64,000 nt of DNA. Origin: Camelus ferus (Eukaryota). Shown piece by piece: positions 13,375 through 26,099 of this stretch (position 1 is the first letter of the stretch; each line of letters begins with the position of its first letter). A program made the position numbers and the translations under genes. The DNA lies in assembly GCF_009834535.1 (NCBI RefSeq), contig NC_045696.1, positions 107,386,001-107,450,000 on the forward strand. The letters are read 5' to 3'. The notes under the pieces were generated by a model. That model made no database searches, was not told where the DNA came from, and worked only from the letters and a program-made list of their open reading frames with translations.

Positions 13375-14250
13375 GTGAATGAATAAGAAAAACACTATTT
13401 CTTCTCTTCTGTACTGTAACACTGACACTTTGTGACCAGATGTGTTGGTTATCCACACGTCAAGCAATTCTGCGTCACCAACTGGGTATCCTAAAATTTT
13501 AATCAATTTTGACACTATTTACCCAGAGTTAGCATCAGATCACAGAAGTAAAGGGCTTAATCCCACAAGACCAAAGCCCACCTCCCCCATGGACAGACGG
13601 GCACACAGATATCTTCAGACATCAATAGCAAGTCCAAGTTATTACTTTTGCTTTTGACCAACTGGCTGTAAATTGGAACTTCCCACGACCTCCTTCTTGG
13701 GTTCGATTAATTTATTACATTATTGGCTTATGGAACTCTGGAAAACTGTTTACTAACTAGACTGTGGGTTTATTATAAGAGGATGTAACTCAGGAACAGT
13801 CAGATGGAAGAGAGGCATAGGGCCAGATATAGGGGGAGGGATGTGGCACCAAAACCTCTATAAGTTCAACCCAGAAGCTTCCTGAACTCTTTCCTTTTAG
13901 GTATTTGTGGAGGTTTCATTTCAAGGATGTGATTGATTAAATCATCGATCGTTGGTGATTTAACTTACTCTTCAGCTCTCTTCCTCTCCCCTCTCTGGAG
14001 GTCAGGGGATGGCTTTGAAAGGTCTGACCCTCTAACCAGAGGTTGGTTTCCTGGCAACCAGCTTCCCCTACCTTTTAGGGCTTTCCAAAAATCAACTCAT
14101 TAACATAAATTCAGGGGTGGTTTAAAAAGGACTTGTTATGAATAACAAAAGGCATTATCCCTGGGATCCCTTAGGAAATTACACAGGTTTTAGGAACTCT
14201 GTGCCATGAAGACCAAATATATATTTCTTATTATAAGTTACAGTACAACA
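13375..14250 (-). mobile_element. MER21-family solo LTR
   Basis: Reverse complement begins 'tgttgtactgtaacttataataagaaatatatatttggtcttc...ggcacagagttcctaaaac', matching the recalled MER21 start. Confidence 0.8.
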
Positions 14251-14934
14251 GTGGATAAACAATCAGGCACAGAATCCTTAAATAAATGAATAAAGTAGTT
14301 ACCTCAGCAGAGATATCTGCCTATAAAATTAAGTAGGTTAGTGAGACATTAAAGGGAGACATTTTCAGTAGGAGCAAAAGATGGTTTGATCTCTCTAGTA
14401 AGACAACCGGTTAGCAAATAGCACCAGTACCAAAGTATTTGTATTTTCTAAAATTGGTGGCTAGTTCTGTTCAGATGTTTAATGTGAAAAAAATAGGAAA
14501 CAATTTTTTGATCCTTGACTGTAAAGCAAGTGTGGTTGAATTGTTAGATACGGAAACTCAGAAATGAAGAATTTTGCTTGAGTCTCCATGGGAACAGAAG
14601 TTCTGCCAGCATTTATTATTCTCATACCTTCTAAAATGATTCCTCACCATAGAAGATTTTTACAAAAAGGAACCCCAATTTTATAGGAAAGTACATTTCT
14701 GAAGCAATGATTTCCCATGCTTCTTGGAGGTTAAAAGAATAAAAAAACCAGGAAACTGTATCCTCTGCAAACTTGTTTACTATTTTGTGATACGAAACAG
14801 GATTCCAAGAAGAGGAAATGGTACATTCAGGAAGTTCATCTTAAGGAGAATTACTTTGCAACTACTGTTTCAGAAATTAGTGGGTCTTAAGGTGGGGGTC
14901 AACCACTGGTCATTAGCAATTAATCTAATAAAAT

Positions 14935-15130
14935 AGCACTGAGAAGCAGGAGGGTATATGTTTAAATCTTGGCTTTGTCACTTCTTATTTGATATTTGGG
15001 CAAGTCATCTACCTCCATTAGTCACAGTTTTCTGTTCTGTAAATTGATAATGATGCCTGTTAATGGGGCTGAGAGAATGTATCTGAAAGTGATTTGTAAA
15101 CTGTTAAAGGACATATATGTAAGGATATTT
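14935..15130 (+). mobile_element. MIR/MIR3 fragment
   Basis: 'ttggctttgtcactt...ttgggcaagtcatct...cagttttctgttctgtaaattg'. Confidence 0.7.
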
Positions 15131-15764
15131 TGTTATATATAGTCTGCTTTTAAAGATTGTAAGTGGAAAGCCAGGAAAACTGGAAAAAAGGAAAAGATGT
15201 CAAAAAGTGGAGTCTAATAATATTAAAACTCAAAATTTTATCTTAGTTTTTAAGTTTTACAGAGAGTGTTTGGTGAGGTGAGTCTTTTTATAGCAAAAGT
15301 TAACAATTGGCTCACCTCTCATTTACTTTTCTTTGACAAGTATTTAAGAATAATCCAAAACAAACAGGACCTGTATTGGTCCTGAAGTTTGATAATCATG
15401 AAATTTTCTATAGTTATAATGTGTATTTCATTAAAAAAAAAATGACTGTGGAAATCTGACTTGTGCTTACTGTACCTCATGTTTATTTATTTAAATATTT
15501 GCTGTGTAGTCCAGTTTCTATAAATATGTGCTCTAACTCTTCTATTAAACAAGATACAGATCCTGGGAATGCAGTCAGACTAAGGAAATTTTGGTCTCTT
15601 CATTTTCTATTCTTCTTAGTTGTATAACTCCAGATTTTAAAATATCTGGATTGTGCTTAATTTAAAAATGTTCAAGTAAATGAATTTTACCAGTAATAAA
15701 AAAGTATAGTGCATTGTGATAGTAGGTGATCAACAGTATTTGTAACTGAATTTTTCCCTTCCAA

Positions 15765-16125
15765 ATCAGAGATCCTTAGCCTACTGACATTAGAAATGAC
15801 TGGAGTACTTGTTAAAAATCTGACCTCTGATGCCAACCCAAGATTTACTGAATTAAAATGAACCTTGGTTATACATTGTATTTATCTGGGGAGTTTAAAA
15901 AATACTGATGGCTGGACCTTACCCCCAAACAGTCTGATTTAATTGGTCTGGAGTTGTGGCTAGCGGTTCTTAAAACTGTATTAGAGTTATTTTCAGGGCT
16001 CTTCAGGGATTGTTGGGCCGCAAACTGAGAGTTGGTCAGATTTGGGGCCTGAGATTTTACATTTCTAATAAGTTTCCTGGCAATGCAGTTGCCAGTCCAG
16101 GGACCACAATTTTAGAATTGTACTC
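15765..16125. mobile_element. Cluster of MER5-type hAT-Charlie elements
   Basis: 'ggggagtttaaaaaatactgatggctggacc...ctgatttaattggtctgg' and 'catttctaataagtttcctggcaatgc...ccagggaccacaattttag'. Confidence 0.75.
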
Positions 16126-16409
16126 TGATTGAGGTTGTAAACTACCTGTTTAATTTGGGGGATATGTAATATTAAATAAAGAACTTAGTCTACAGGGAAC
16201 ATAGGAGTTAATAGATTTCAGAGTAAAAAGTGTTGTGTGGTAAACTCTTAATTTTAATTTATAAAGCAGAAAGTATATTACTGTATTCATTATATTCATG
16301 TCTAAAATCTCTAAAGTTTATTTACAATAAAAAGTCTCAAACATCATAAATAATAACTTACCAAAAAGAGTATTTTCAGAGATGAGGAAGAAAGCAGATG
16401 TTTTCTCTC

Positions 16410-19400
16410 TCGTCAGGTTTATTGAGGTATAATTTACATATAGTGAAATTTACTCTTTCACGAGTTTTAACAAATGCATCAATTGTGAAACCATCAACAG
16501 AATCAAAATATAGAAGAGTTCAATTCTCTCATGCCCCTCTGTGGTCAGCTCTGTCTTCAACTCCAGCTCCTGGCAACCACTGATGTCTTTGCTCACCTTA
16601 TAGTTCTGCCTCTTTCAGAATGTCATATGAATGGTATCACCTAGTAAGTAACCTTTTGATTATGGTTTCTTTCACTAAGCAGAACACATTTGAGAAATAT
16701 CCATATTGTTGCATTTTTAAATGCTTTCTTCCCTTTCCTCCCCTCCCTACCTCTCCCTTTTTCTTTTCTTTATGTTTACAACAAAATTAAGTTGAAAGTA
16801 CAGAGAGTTCACTTATAGCCCCTACCTTCTTCACATGTTTACAGCTTCCCTCACTAGCAACAGTTCAATGGATATATAATCAGTGAACCTACATCATTAT
16901 CACCCAAAGTCCATAATTTACATTCGGGTTCATTTTCATTGTATAGTCTCTGAGTTTTGACAAAAGTATAATGACATGTATCTACCATTATAGTATTATA
17001 CAAAATAGTTTCACTGCTCTAAAAATCTGAGCTTTTTGTCTGTTCATCTGTCCCATTCCCTTAACTCCTGGCAACCACTTTTTACTGCCCTCTATACTTT
17101 TGCCTTTTCCAGAATACCATTTATTTGGAAGCATACAGTATGTAGTGTTTTCAAATTGGCTATACCACTTAAAAATACACATTTATACTTCCTCTGTCAT
17201 CTCATGACTTGATAGCTCATTTCTGCTGAAGGATAGATACCTTGGTTGCTTCCAAGTTTTGCAATTATGAATAAAGCTGATGTAAACAACTGTGTGTAGG
17301 TTTTTGTGGAAACACAAGTTTTCAGTTCATTTGGCTAACTTTCAAGGAGTACAGTTGCTGGATTGTATGCTAAGAGTATGTTCAGTTTTGTAAGAAACTG
17401 CCAAATTGTCTCCGAGGTGACTATACCATTTTGTATTCCCTGCCAGCGATGTAAAAGAGTTCCTGAGGCTCTACATCCTCATCAACATTTGAATTGTCAG
17501 TGTTCCAGTTTATTGCCATTCTAATAGATGTGTAGTGGTGTCTTGTTTTATGGAATGTTGAGTATCTTTTCATATGCTAATACACCATCTGAATATCTTC
17601 TTTGGTGAGGTGTCTGTTCAGATCTTTTGCCAGTTTTTAAAATGGATTGTTCATTTTTCTTACTGTTGAGTTTTAAGAGTCCTTTGTATAATTAAGTAAT
17701 AGTCCTTTATCAGATACATTGTTTATAGATATTTTTCCCAGTCTGTGACTTTACTTATTCTCTTGGCAGTGTCTTTTGGAAAGGAGAAGTTTTTAATTTA
17801 ACGAAGTTCAGCTTATCAGTTTTTCCTTTTATGAATTGTGTCTTTGGTGTTGTATCTAAAAAGTTCTCTCCAAACCCAAGATCATCTAGATTTTCTCCTA
17901 ATTTATCTTCTAAGAGTTTTATACTCTTTTACATTTAGGCCTGTGATCTATTTTAAGTTAATTTTTGTGAAGGGCATAAGATCTATGTCTAGATTTTTTT
18001 TTTTTTTTTGCATGTGAATGTCTATTTGTTCCAGCACCATTTGTTGAAAATATTTTTTTCCCCTCCATTGTATCACTTTTGCTCCTTTGTCAAGGAACAG
18101 TTGACTTTATTTATGCGGCCTGTTTCTGGGCTCTCTGTAATATGTTCTTAATCTAGTTATTTATTCTTTTGCCATTATCACACTTTCTTGATTACTGTAG
18201 ATTTAAGGCAAGTCATGAAGTTGGGTGGTGTCAGTCATCCTGACTTTGTTCTCCTTCTTGTATCCTCAACTGTACTGTGATTGCTTATTAATTTAGGAGT
18301 TGTTTGTCTATTTCATCTCTTCTACCTAGACAGTCATATCATCTATGAATAAAGACAGTTTTGTTTCATCTTTCCTAATCCATATACCTTTTATATCCTT
18401 TCCTTGTTTTATTGCATCATCCAGATTTCTATAACAGTGTTGAAAATGAGTGATGACAGGGGACATCTTTGCCTTATTCCTGATCTTAGTGGGAAAGCTT
18501 TTGCTTTCTCACCATTAAGTATTAGGTTAGCTGTAGGTTACTTTTTTAAAACTATGTTAAACTCCATATAACATAAAATTTGTGATTTTAATTTTTAAGT
18601 ACACATTTCAGTACTGTTAGTACTTTCATATTGTTGTACAATCTCAGAATTCTTTTAATCTTGCAAAACTGAAACTCTATACCTGTTAAACAGCAACTTC
18701 CTATTTCTCATTCCCCACAACCCTTGGCAGCCACCATTCTACTTTCCCTATAAATATGACTACTCTAGGTACCTCATATAAATGGAATCATAAAGTATTT
18801 TTCTTTTTGTGACTAGTCTATTTCACTTAGCGTAATGTCCTCAGGGTTCATCTATGTTTTAGCATGTGTCAGAATTTCTTTCTTTTTTAAGGCTGGATAA
18901 TATTCCATTACATGTATATATCACGTTGTTATCCATTCATCCATCAGTGGACACTTGGATTGCTTCCACATTTTGCTGTTGTGTGAATACTGCTGCTCTG
19001 AATGTGGGTGTACATGTATCTCTTTGATACCCTGCTTTTAATTGTTTTTTGTATATTCTCAGAAGTGGAATTGCTGGTTCATTAATGTCTTTTTAAATTT
19101 CTTTTAACAAATTTTTGTTGTTTTAGTGTATAAGGCTTTTGTTTCTTTGCCACATTTATTCTTTTTTTTTGATATTATAAATGGAATTGTTAATTTCTTT
19201 TTCAAATTGTTTATATTTAATATGTGGAAACAATTTATATTTGTGTGTAGATTTTGTTATCAGGCAAATTTGCTAAATTTTTAAAATAAGTGTTAAAAGT
19301 TTTTTGTGTGTGGAATCTAGGATTTTCTACATATAATATGCAATCTGCAAAACAGACAATTTTATACTTATTTTCCAATTTAAATGCCATTTATCTTTTT

Positions 19401-19800
19401 CTTGCCTAACTGCTGTGGTTGCTAGTAGTATGTTGAATAGAAGTGGTGACAGTAGGCATCCTTAATTCCTTCCAGATTTTAGAGAAAAGCTTTCAGCCTT
19501 TCACTATTGAGTGTGATAATAGCTGTAGGTTTGTCATATATGGCCTTTACCTTATTAAGGTAATTTCTTTCTATTCTTAGTTGTTAATCATGAAATGGTG
19601 TTGAATTTTGTTAAAGTGTGTTTTCTGTATCATGTGAGATGATCATGTAATTTTTCCCCATTATACATTAATGTGTGTTACATTGGTTGATTTTTAATAT
19701 GTTGAGCTACCCTTGCTTTCTAGGAATAAATTCCATTTGGTTAAGGTGTGTAATTCTTTCAGTACGCCATTAAGTTTAGTTTGCTAGTGTTTAGTTGATT
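16410..19800 (-). mobile_element. Nested L1 fragments (at least three 3' ends near 16415, 16775 and 18545)
   Basis: Repeated L1 3'UTR motif 'cctggcaaccact' (16569, 17067; variant near 18722) and antisense ORF2 motifs. Confidence 0.9.
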
Positions 19801-20339
19801 CTTGAAACATTTTTAAAAATAGTTATTTTTGTTTATGTAATCCAGTCTTAGTAAATGGCAGAGGATATGTTCATTTTACAGAGAGTTTGTTTAGCTTGGT
19901 ATGTCAGTTCTTACTTGTGACCTCATGCTTATATACTGCCTCGTTTGGATTATGCCTGAGTTACGGGAATATATTGTTCCCCTAAGGCTATTCATAGTAA
20001 CCAAATGGCTTATTTACACATGTAAAAACTACTCATTTAAATCATACAATTAAATATTGGTGAGTTTGATACAGTTTTCAGTTCTAGTATAAAAGACACA
20101 TATTCTGCAACTTGGGCATGGGTAAGTTGTCATAGCATTCTGAACTGTAATTCTCAGATTAATATATTTTTAGTCAAAGAGATATTACAACTTCACAACT
20201 TTTATTTTCCTCAATATAATTCAGTTGATGTTTCATATTCATATTTATATATTTTACCATATATATATAATTTGTGTTAAATAATGCTTCATTTAGTTTT
20301 CTTTATTATATATATGTGTAATTCTTTAATCCTTATATT

Positions 20340-22070
20340 GGACAAAATTTGTATCTTGACATACCTCCTTAAAATTAAAAAATATTTAGTTTATAATGTT
20401 TACATAAAGACATGAATGAGAATTTATCCCCCTCTGCCATTCTTTTTGGCTTAACTCTCAACTTTTACTTCTCACTGCATCAGAACTACTTCATCCCATT
20501 CTAAATCTGTGTAAATAGCATAGTATTATATATTGCTTCATATTTTCTCTCCATCTTTATATAATCTTGTACAGATATTTGTATTCCCAATTAGATATAT
20601 AAGCTTGTTGTGATGATGAGTTAAAAAAGGTAGGCTCATTTTATATACTTTTCTGCATCTTTCTGTTCTCATTAATAATACCTCAGAGAAATCCCCCATC
20701 TAAGGGATAGCTCTGCTATCCATCTAAGGTGTAACTGTAATTCATTATTTTCATGACTCCAAATTGAATGCTTTATGATGTGTTATATAAAATTTATTTA
20801 ACTATTCCCACATCTATGACAGTATTGTCTTTCTAGTTCTTGGCCATTTTATAGAATGTTGCATCTTTGACTATATGTCCTTATTTCCAGATGCTTTTAT
20901 TTCTGTGGGATAGATTTTCAGGAGTAACACTGCTGGATTGAAGGGTTTTTATATTTTTCATTTAAGCAGGTGTTGCCAAATTGCTTTCTGCAGAAATTTT
21001 CCATTAGAATGTGAGAATATTCTTTGTCCCACACCTCTGCCAGGACATTGGGCTATAGCTTTTTAAACATTTGCCGGCCTTATAGTGTAATGTTTATCAC
21101 ATTTTTAATTTGAATTTCCCTGAGTATAATGAGTTTAAGCATCTTTTCTTATGTTTGTGGACATTTAATGTTCCTCTTCTGTAAATTGTTCTTTTGCTAT
21201 CCTTTGCCTAAATTCCGTTTGGGTCGTTTGTCTTTTTCAGATTGTAAGAGCTCACTGTATGTTAAAACATGAATGTTTCATTACCTCTGTTGCAAATGTC
21301 TTTATTTTTCCCCAGGTACAAGAACTTTTAACTTTTATGTGAGTCACTTTATATTTTATAGTTCTGAATTGTGAATGTTTCCAGATTTTTTTCTGGCAAG
21401 GTTTTAATTGTTTTTATTTTTTTACAATTCACATTTGTCTTGAGTTTATTTTTATGTGTCCTATAACATTAGGGCACCTGGTTTTTCTTCTAGATTACTA
21501 CCACTTAAAAAAAAATTAACTAAGCCATCTATTTCCCACTGACTTGAGTGATTGCCGTTATTTTATTCAAAATTTTCATTTTTTTGGCATTTTTCTCAAT
21601 TGTTAATTATTTTATTAATATTGTTCTATTTCTGTATCAGTACTTTACTGAGTTGTTTTTTGTGACAGTCTAGTATTTTTTCATATTTGAAGCAGGTTCC
21701 AACTTACCCTTCTTTTTCATCTTTGGTTTGCAGTAGTAGTTCTTATATATAAATGTGATCATTTCTTCCTAAAAATATAACAATATAAAACCCATTTGGA
21801 TTCTAATTTGAATTATATGAAATTAATTAATATAGGAGATAACTTACACTTTTGTGATAGTGTTTTCCAAATATAATGTTTATGCTTTATTTAAGAAGCA
21901 TATATAGTTTCTTTATATTTAGTGCCAAATTATTAATTCATTAAAAATCATTATATAGGTTTTGTTGCTGTTGTGTGAGAACATTTTAATCTCACTTCCA
22001 TTTCTAAGATTATTCTTTCTCAAGCATAAAAACTATTCATTTTTGTATATTACTCTTTTCTCCAACCATC
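20340..22070 (-). mobile_element. Very old L1 (L1ME-like) fragments
   Basis: 'atttctgtgggatagattttcaggagt...gctggattgaaggg...tgttgccaaattgcttt'. Confidence 0.7.
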
Positions 22071-22074
22071 AGCT

Positions 22075-22490
22075 GATGAATGAACAAAATGTGATATACA
22101 ACAAAATGTTATTTAGCCATAAAAGGAATGAAGTACTGATTTCATGTTTTAATTAATATAGATGGACCTTAAAAACATTGTCCTAATGTAAAAAGAGCCA
22201 AAGTAAAAAAAATTCATATAGTGTATGGTTCCATTTATATGATATATTCAGATTAGGCAAATCCAGAGGACAGAAAGTAGATTAGTGACTGTCAGGGTCT
22301 ACGGACAGGAGAAATGAGAAGTTACTGCTAATGGGTACAGGGTATCTTTTTGGGATGATGAAAATGTTCTGGAATTAGATAGTGATGATTATACAACCTT
22401 GTGAATAAACTAAAAACAACTGAATTGTATACTTAAAGTGTACAAGGGTGAAGTTTATGATATGTGAATTCTATCTCAGGGTTTAAAAAG
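22075..22490 (+). mobile_element. L1MB-like 3' end in sense orientation
   Basis: 'tatttagccataaaaggaatgaagtactgat...gatgatgaaaatgttctggaattagatagtgatg...aactgaattgtatactt'. Confidence 0.85.
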
Positions 22491-22506
22491 AAATGGTAAC
22501 TGTGTT

Positions 22507-22695
22507 TGTATTAGTTTGCATTGAATTAGGCATTAGGTAACAGAAAACCAGACTGCACTGGCTTGTTAAAATTGGACTTTATTTTTCTTACATAATTGCT
22601 GGCATTGATTTACTGGTACAATGATATCAGAACAGGTATCTGCATGATTAATTCTTGGCCTCTTTTTCATGCTTGCATATGGCTGTTATGGCTCC
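22507..22695 (-). mobile_element. Old MLT1 LTR fragment
   Basis: 'tgtattagtt...gtaacagaaaacc...ctggctt...tttatttttcttacataa'. Confidence 0.5.
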
Positions 22696-23074
22696 GACGA
22701 CTGGACGATAGAGGAAGGGGACGCACCAGGGATTCTATCAGTAACTCCTAGTCTTCAGATCTCAAGGCCGGACCTTGACTGGAAGTTGACTGGGGAAAAG
22801 GTGGTGGGAGGAGTGAGATTTGGGTCAAAAAGTTCCTGCCACATGGGCTTTCCCACCTGGATCCTTATTTATTTTGATGTCATTTAATGTTTCACAGTTT
22901 TAGAAGACAATTTGTTACTGTTTTCATAGTCTCAATTATATTTATGTTGTTTTCCCAGTTCACATAGTTTTTTCTTTTAAAGTTGTCTACGTTTTCAGGG
23001 GTTGTCTGTAGCATTTTGCTTATTTATGGGAAAAGGAAGAGGGAAGTAATCATTCAAAACTCCATTGATTTTGT

Positions 23075-25110
23075 CTTTAACAGCTTTATTGAATTACAAT
23101 TTCCATCCAATACAGCGTGCCTGTTTAAGTTGTACAATTTATTAAATTTTGACTTAAGTGTACACTTCTGAAAACGTCAGTCACCACAATTAACATACTT
23201 TTTTTATTAGCATCCCCATTATTTTTAGGTATACAACACATAACGATTTAATATTTGTACATATTGTGCAGTGATCACCACAGTAAGTCTGATAAACATC
23301 CATCACCACGTGTAGTTACAAATACTATTTTTCTTGTGATGAGAACTTTTTAAAGCTTACTCTTAATAACTTTCAAATATGCAGTACAGTATTATTAACT
23401 ATAGTTGCCATTCTATACATTACATCCCCAGGACTTACTTATTTTATAATCAAAATTTGTACCTTTTGGTCACCATCACCCTTTTGGCTCATCCTGACCC
23501 CCTACCTGTGGCAACCACCAGTCCCCTCTCTGTATTTACGAGTATGTTGTTCTGTTTTGTTTTTGTTTTTAGATTCCACATTTAAGAGATCATATGGTAT
23601 TTGTCCTTCTCTGACTTATTTTACATAGCATAATGCCTCCAAGGACCAATCATTTTTCACAAATGACAAGATTTTCTTTTTTATAGATGAATATTTGATT
23701 ATAAATATATACATATGTATGCACACACACACACACACATATATACATACACTATGTTTTCTTTGTATATTCATCCATCAGTGGACTCAGATTGCTTCCT
23801 CCCATGTCTCGGCTGTATAAATAATGCTGCAGTGAGTGTGGGAACGCAGGTATCTCTTCCACATAGTGTTTTTGTTTCCTTTGGACAAATAACCCAGAAA
23901 TGGAAGTGCTTGATCATTTAGTAGTTCTATTTTTAATTTTTTTGAAGAAGCTCCATACTGTTTTCCATAGTGGTTGCACCAAGTTGTATTTCTACCAACA
24001 GTACGCAAGGGTTCTCTTTACACCACATTCTCACCAAAACTTACTTTTTCTCTTTTTGATAATAGCCATCCTAAGAGATGAAAAGTGATACCTCAGTTTG
24101 GTTTTGATTTGTGTTTCTCTGATTATTTAGTTATCTTGAGCATCTTTTCATGTACCTGTTGGCCATTTGTATGTGTTTGGAAAAATACTTTTTCAGATCT
24201 TCTGCCCATTTCTAAATTAGATTTTTTTTCTTTTTTTGCTATTGAGTTGTATGAGTTCTTTATATATTTTGGATATTAGCCCCTATTAGATACACGATTT
24301 ACAAATATCTTCTCCTGTAAGTAGGTTGCCTTTTCATTTTGTTGCTGGTTTCCTTTGCTACATAGGAGGTTTTTAGTTTGATACCTCACTTGTTTGTTTT
24401 TGTTTTTTGTTGCCTTTGCTTGTGATATCAAATCTAAAAAATCATTGTCCAGACTAACGTCAAGGATCTTACCACCTATGTTTTCTTCTAAGAGTTTTAT
24501 GGTTTCAGTCTTTTATCCATTTTGAGTTATTTTGTGAATAGTTTAAGATATTGGTCCAGTTTTATTCTTTTGCATGGGGCTGTCTAGTTTTCCAAAAATT
24601 ATTCATTGAGATTCTTTCCTCATTGTATATTTTTGGCTCCTTTGTCAAATTATTTGACTGTATTCCTGAGATTTTTTTCTGGGCTCTATATTCTGTTCCA
24701 TTGATCTATGTGTCTGTTTTGATGCCAGTATCATACCTGTTTTGATTATTGTAGCTTTGTAATATAGTTTGAAATCAGGGAGTGTGATGCCTCCATATTT
24801 GTTGTTCTTTCTCAGTATTGCTTTGGCTATTCATGGTCTTCTGTGGTTCTGTAAAAGTTTTAGGATTATTTGTTCTATTTCTGTGAAAAATGCCTTTGGA
24901 ATTTTGATGGGGACTGCTTTGAGTAGTATGGATATTTTAATATTAATTCTTATAATTCATAAGCATGGAATATCTTGCCATTTATTTGTGTCTTCAGTTT
25001 CTTTTATCAGTGTCTTGTAGTTTAAAGTGTACAAGTCTTTCACTCCATTAAATTTATTCCTTGGTATTTTATTCTTTTTGATGGAGTTGTGAATGGGATT
25101 TGTTGTTGTT
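23075..25110 (-). mobile_element. L1MA-like 3' end and ORF2 C-terminus
   Basis: ORF 23787-24008 'KKLKIELLNDQALPFLG' corresponds to the ORF2p C-terminal region; typical 3'UTR. Confidence 0.9.
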
Positions 25111-26099
25111 GTTATTTATTTCTTAAAATCAACTTTATTGGCGAATACTGTTTATAAATGTTTGAGTTTTAATTGTATGGTTTTAATTTTTACAAATGTA
25201 TAGGCTTTTTTAACTAACACCACTACAATCAAGATGAAAGACATTTTTAGTGCTCCAGAGGGTTTCCTCATGTTCCTTCCCAGTCATTTATGCCATCACC
25301 ACTCTTATCTTAGACAACTGCAGTTCTGCTTTCTGTCAGTGTATGTGACAGAAATTTTGAATACAGCCGATCAGTGGTTCCTTCTTTTTTATTGGTGCAT
25401 AGCATTCTGTTTTGTGGATATATTCAGTCTCTCCATTTACCTGTCGTTGGACATATAGGTTGTTACCGATTTTGGGCTATTAGAAATAAATCTCTTCTTG
25501 AACATTTGTATAGAAGTCTTTGTGTGGACATAAGTTTTCATTTCCATAAATACGATACATTGCCTAAAGATGTTACTTCTTTTTATGACTACCATTATCA
25601 TGTCTAAGAAAAATAACTAATTTTTTTTACTATTATATCTAGTTCATATTCATATTTACCCAGTTGATTCCATTAGTTTTTCATAGTGTCTCTTCCTCCT
25701 CTTGTGTGTATGGGTATTGGACCATGTCAAGGCTTGTGGTTGTTACATCTTTGTTGTCTTTTAGTCTAGAATAATTCACTCTCTTTTCCCTCTAAGATAC
25801 TGACTTTTTTGCTAGACAAGGCTGCTTATTTTTAAAATGTCCCAACCTTTTTTTTCTTTGTTTCAGAGGTGTTCTTTAACTTGTTCCTCTATCTTCTGTG
25901 TTTCTTGTGAACCAGAAACATTGAATGATGATTTTGCTGAAAAGTTTTAGTTATAATTAGTTTGTACCATAAAGTCTCTTCGCCCTGTGATATTGTTGAG
26001 TATGTTCTGAGCCCAGCGTGAATAGACATTTCATTCCTTATTTCATTTTTGGGAGGAAAAAAGGTACCAATTATAATACAAGTAGAACACATGAGTGGT

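Noticed and set aside
13153..13515. 120-aa minus-strand ORF
   Set aside because: It spans an LTR end and the 43-bp-period duplication, has no recognisable domain and has the composition expected of AT-rich non-coding DNA.
22669..22887. GC-richer ORF with several CpGs as a possible exon or retrocopy
   Set aside because: It overlaps an old LTR/L2-like fragment, the peptide is unrecognisable and there are no flanking splice signals.
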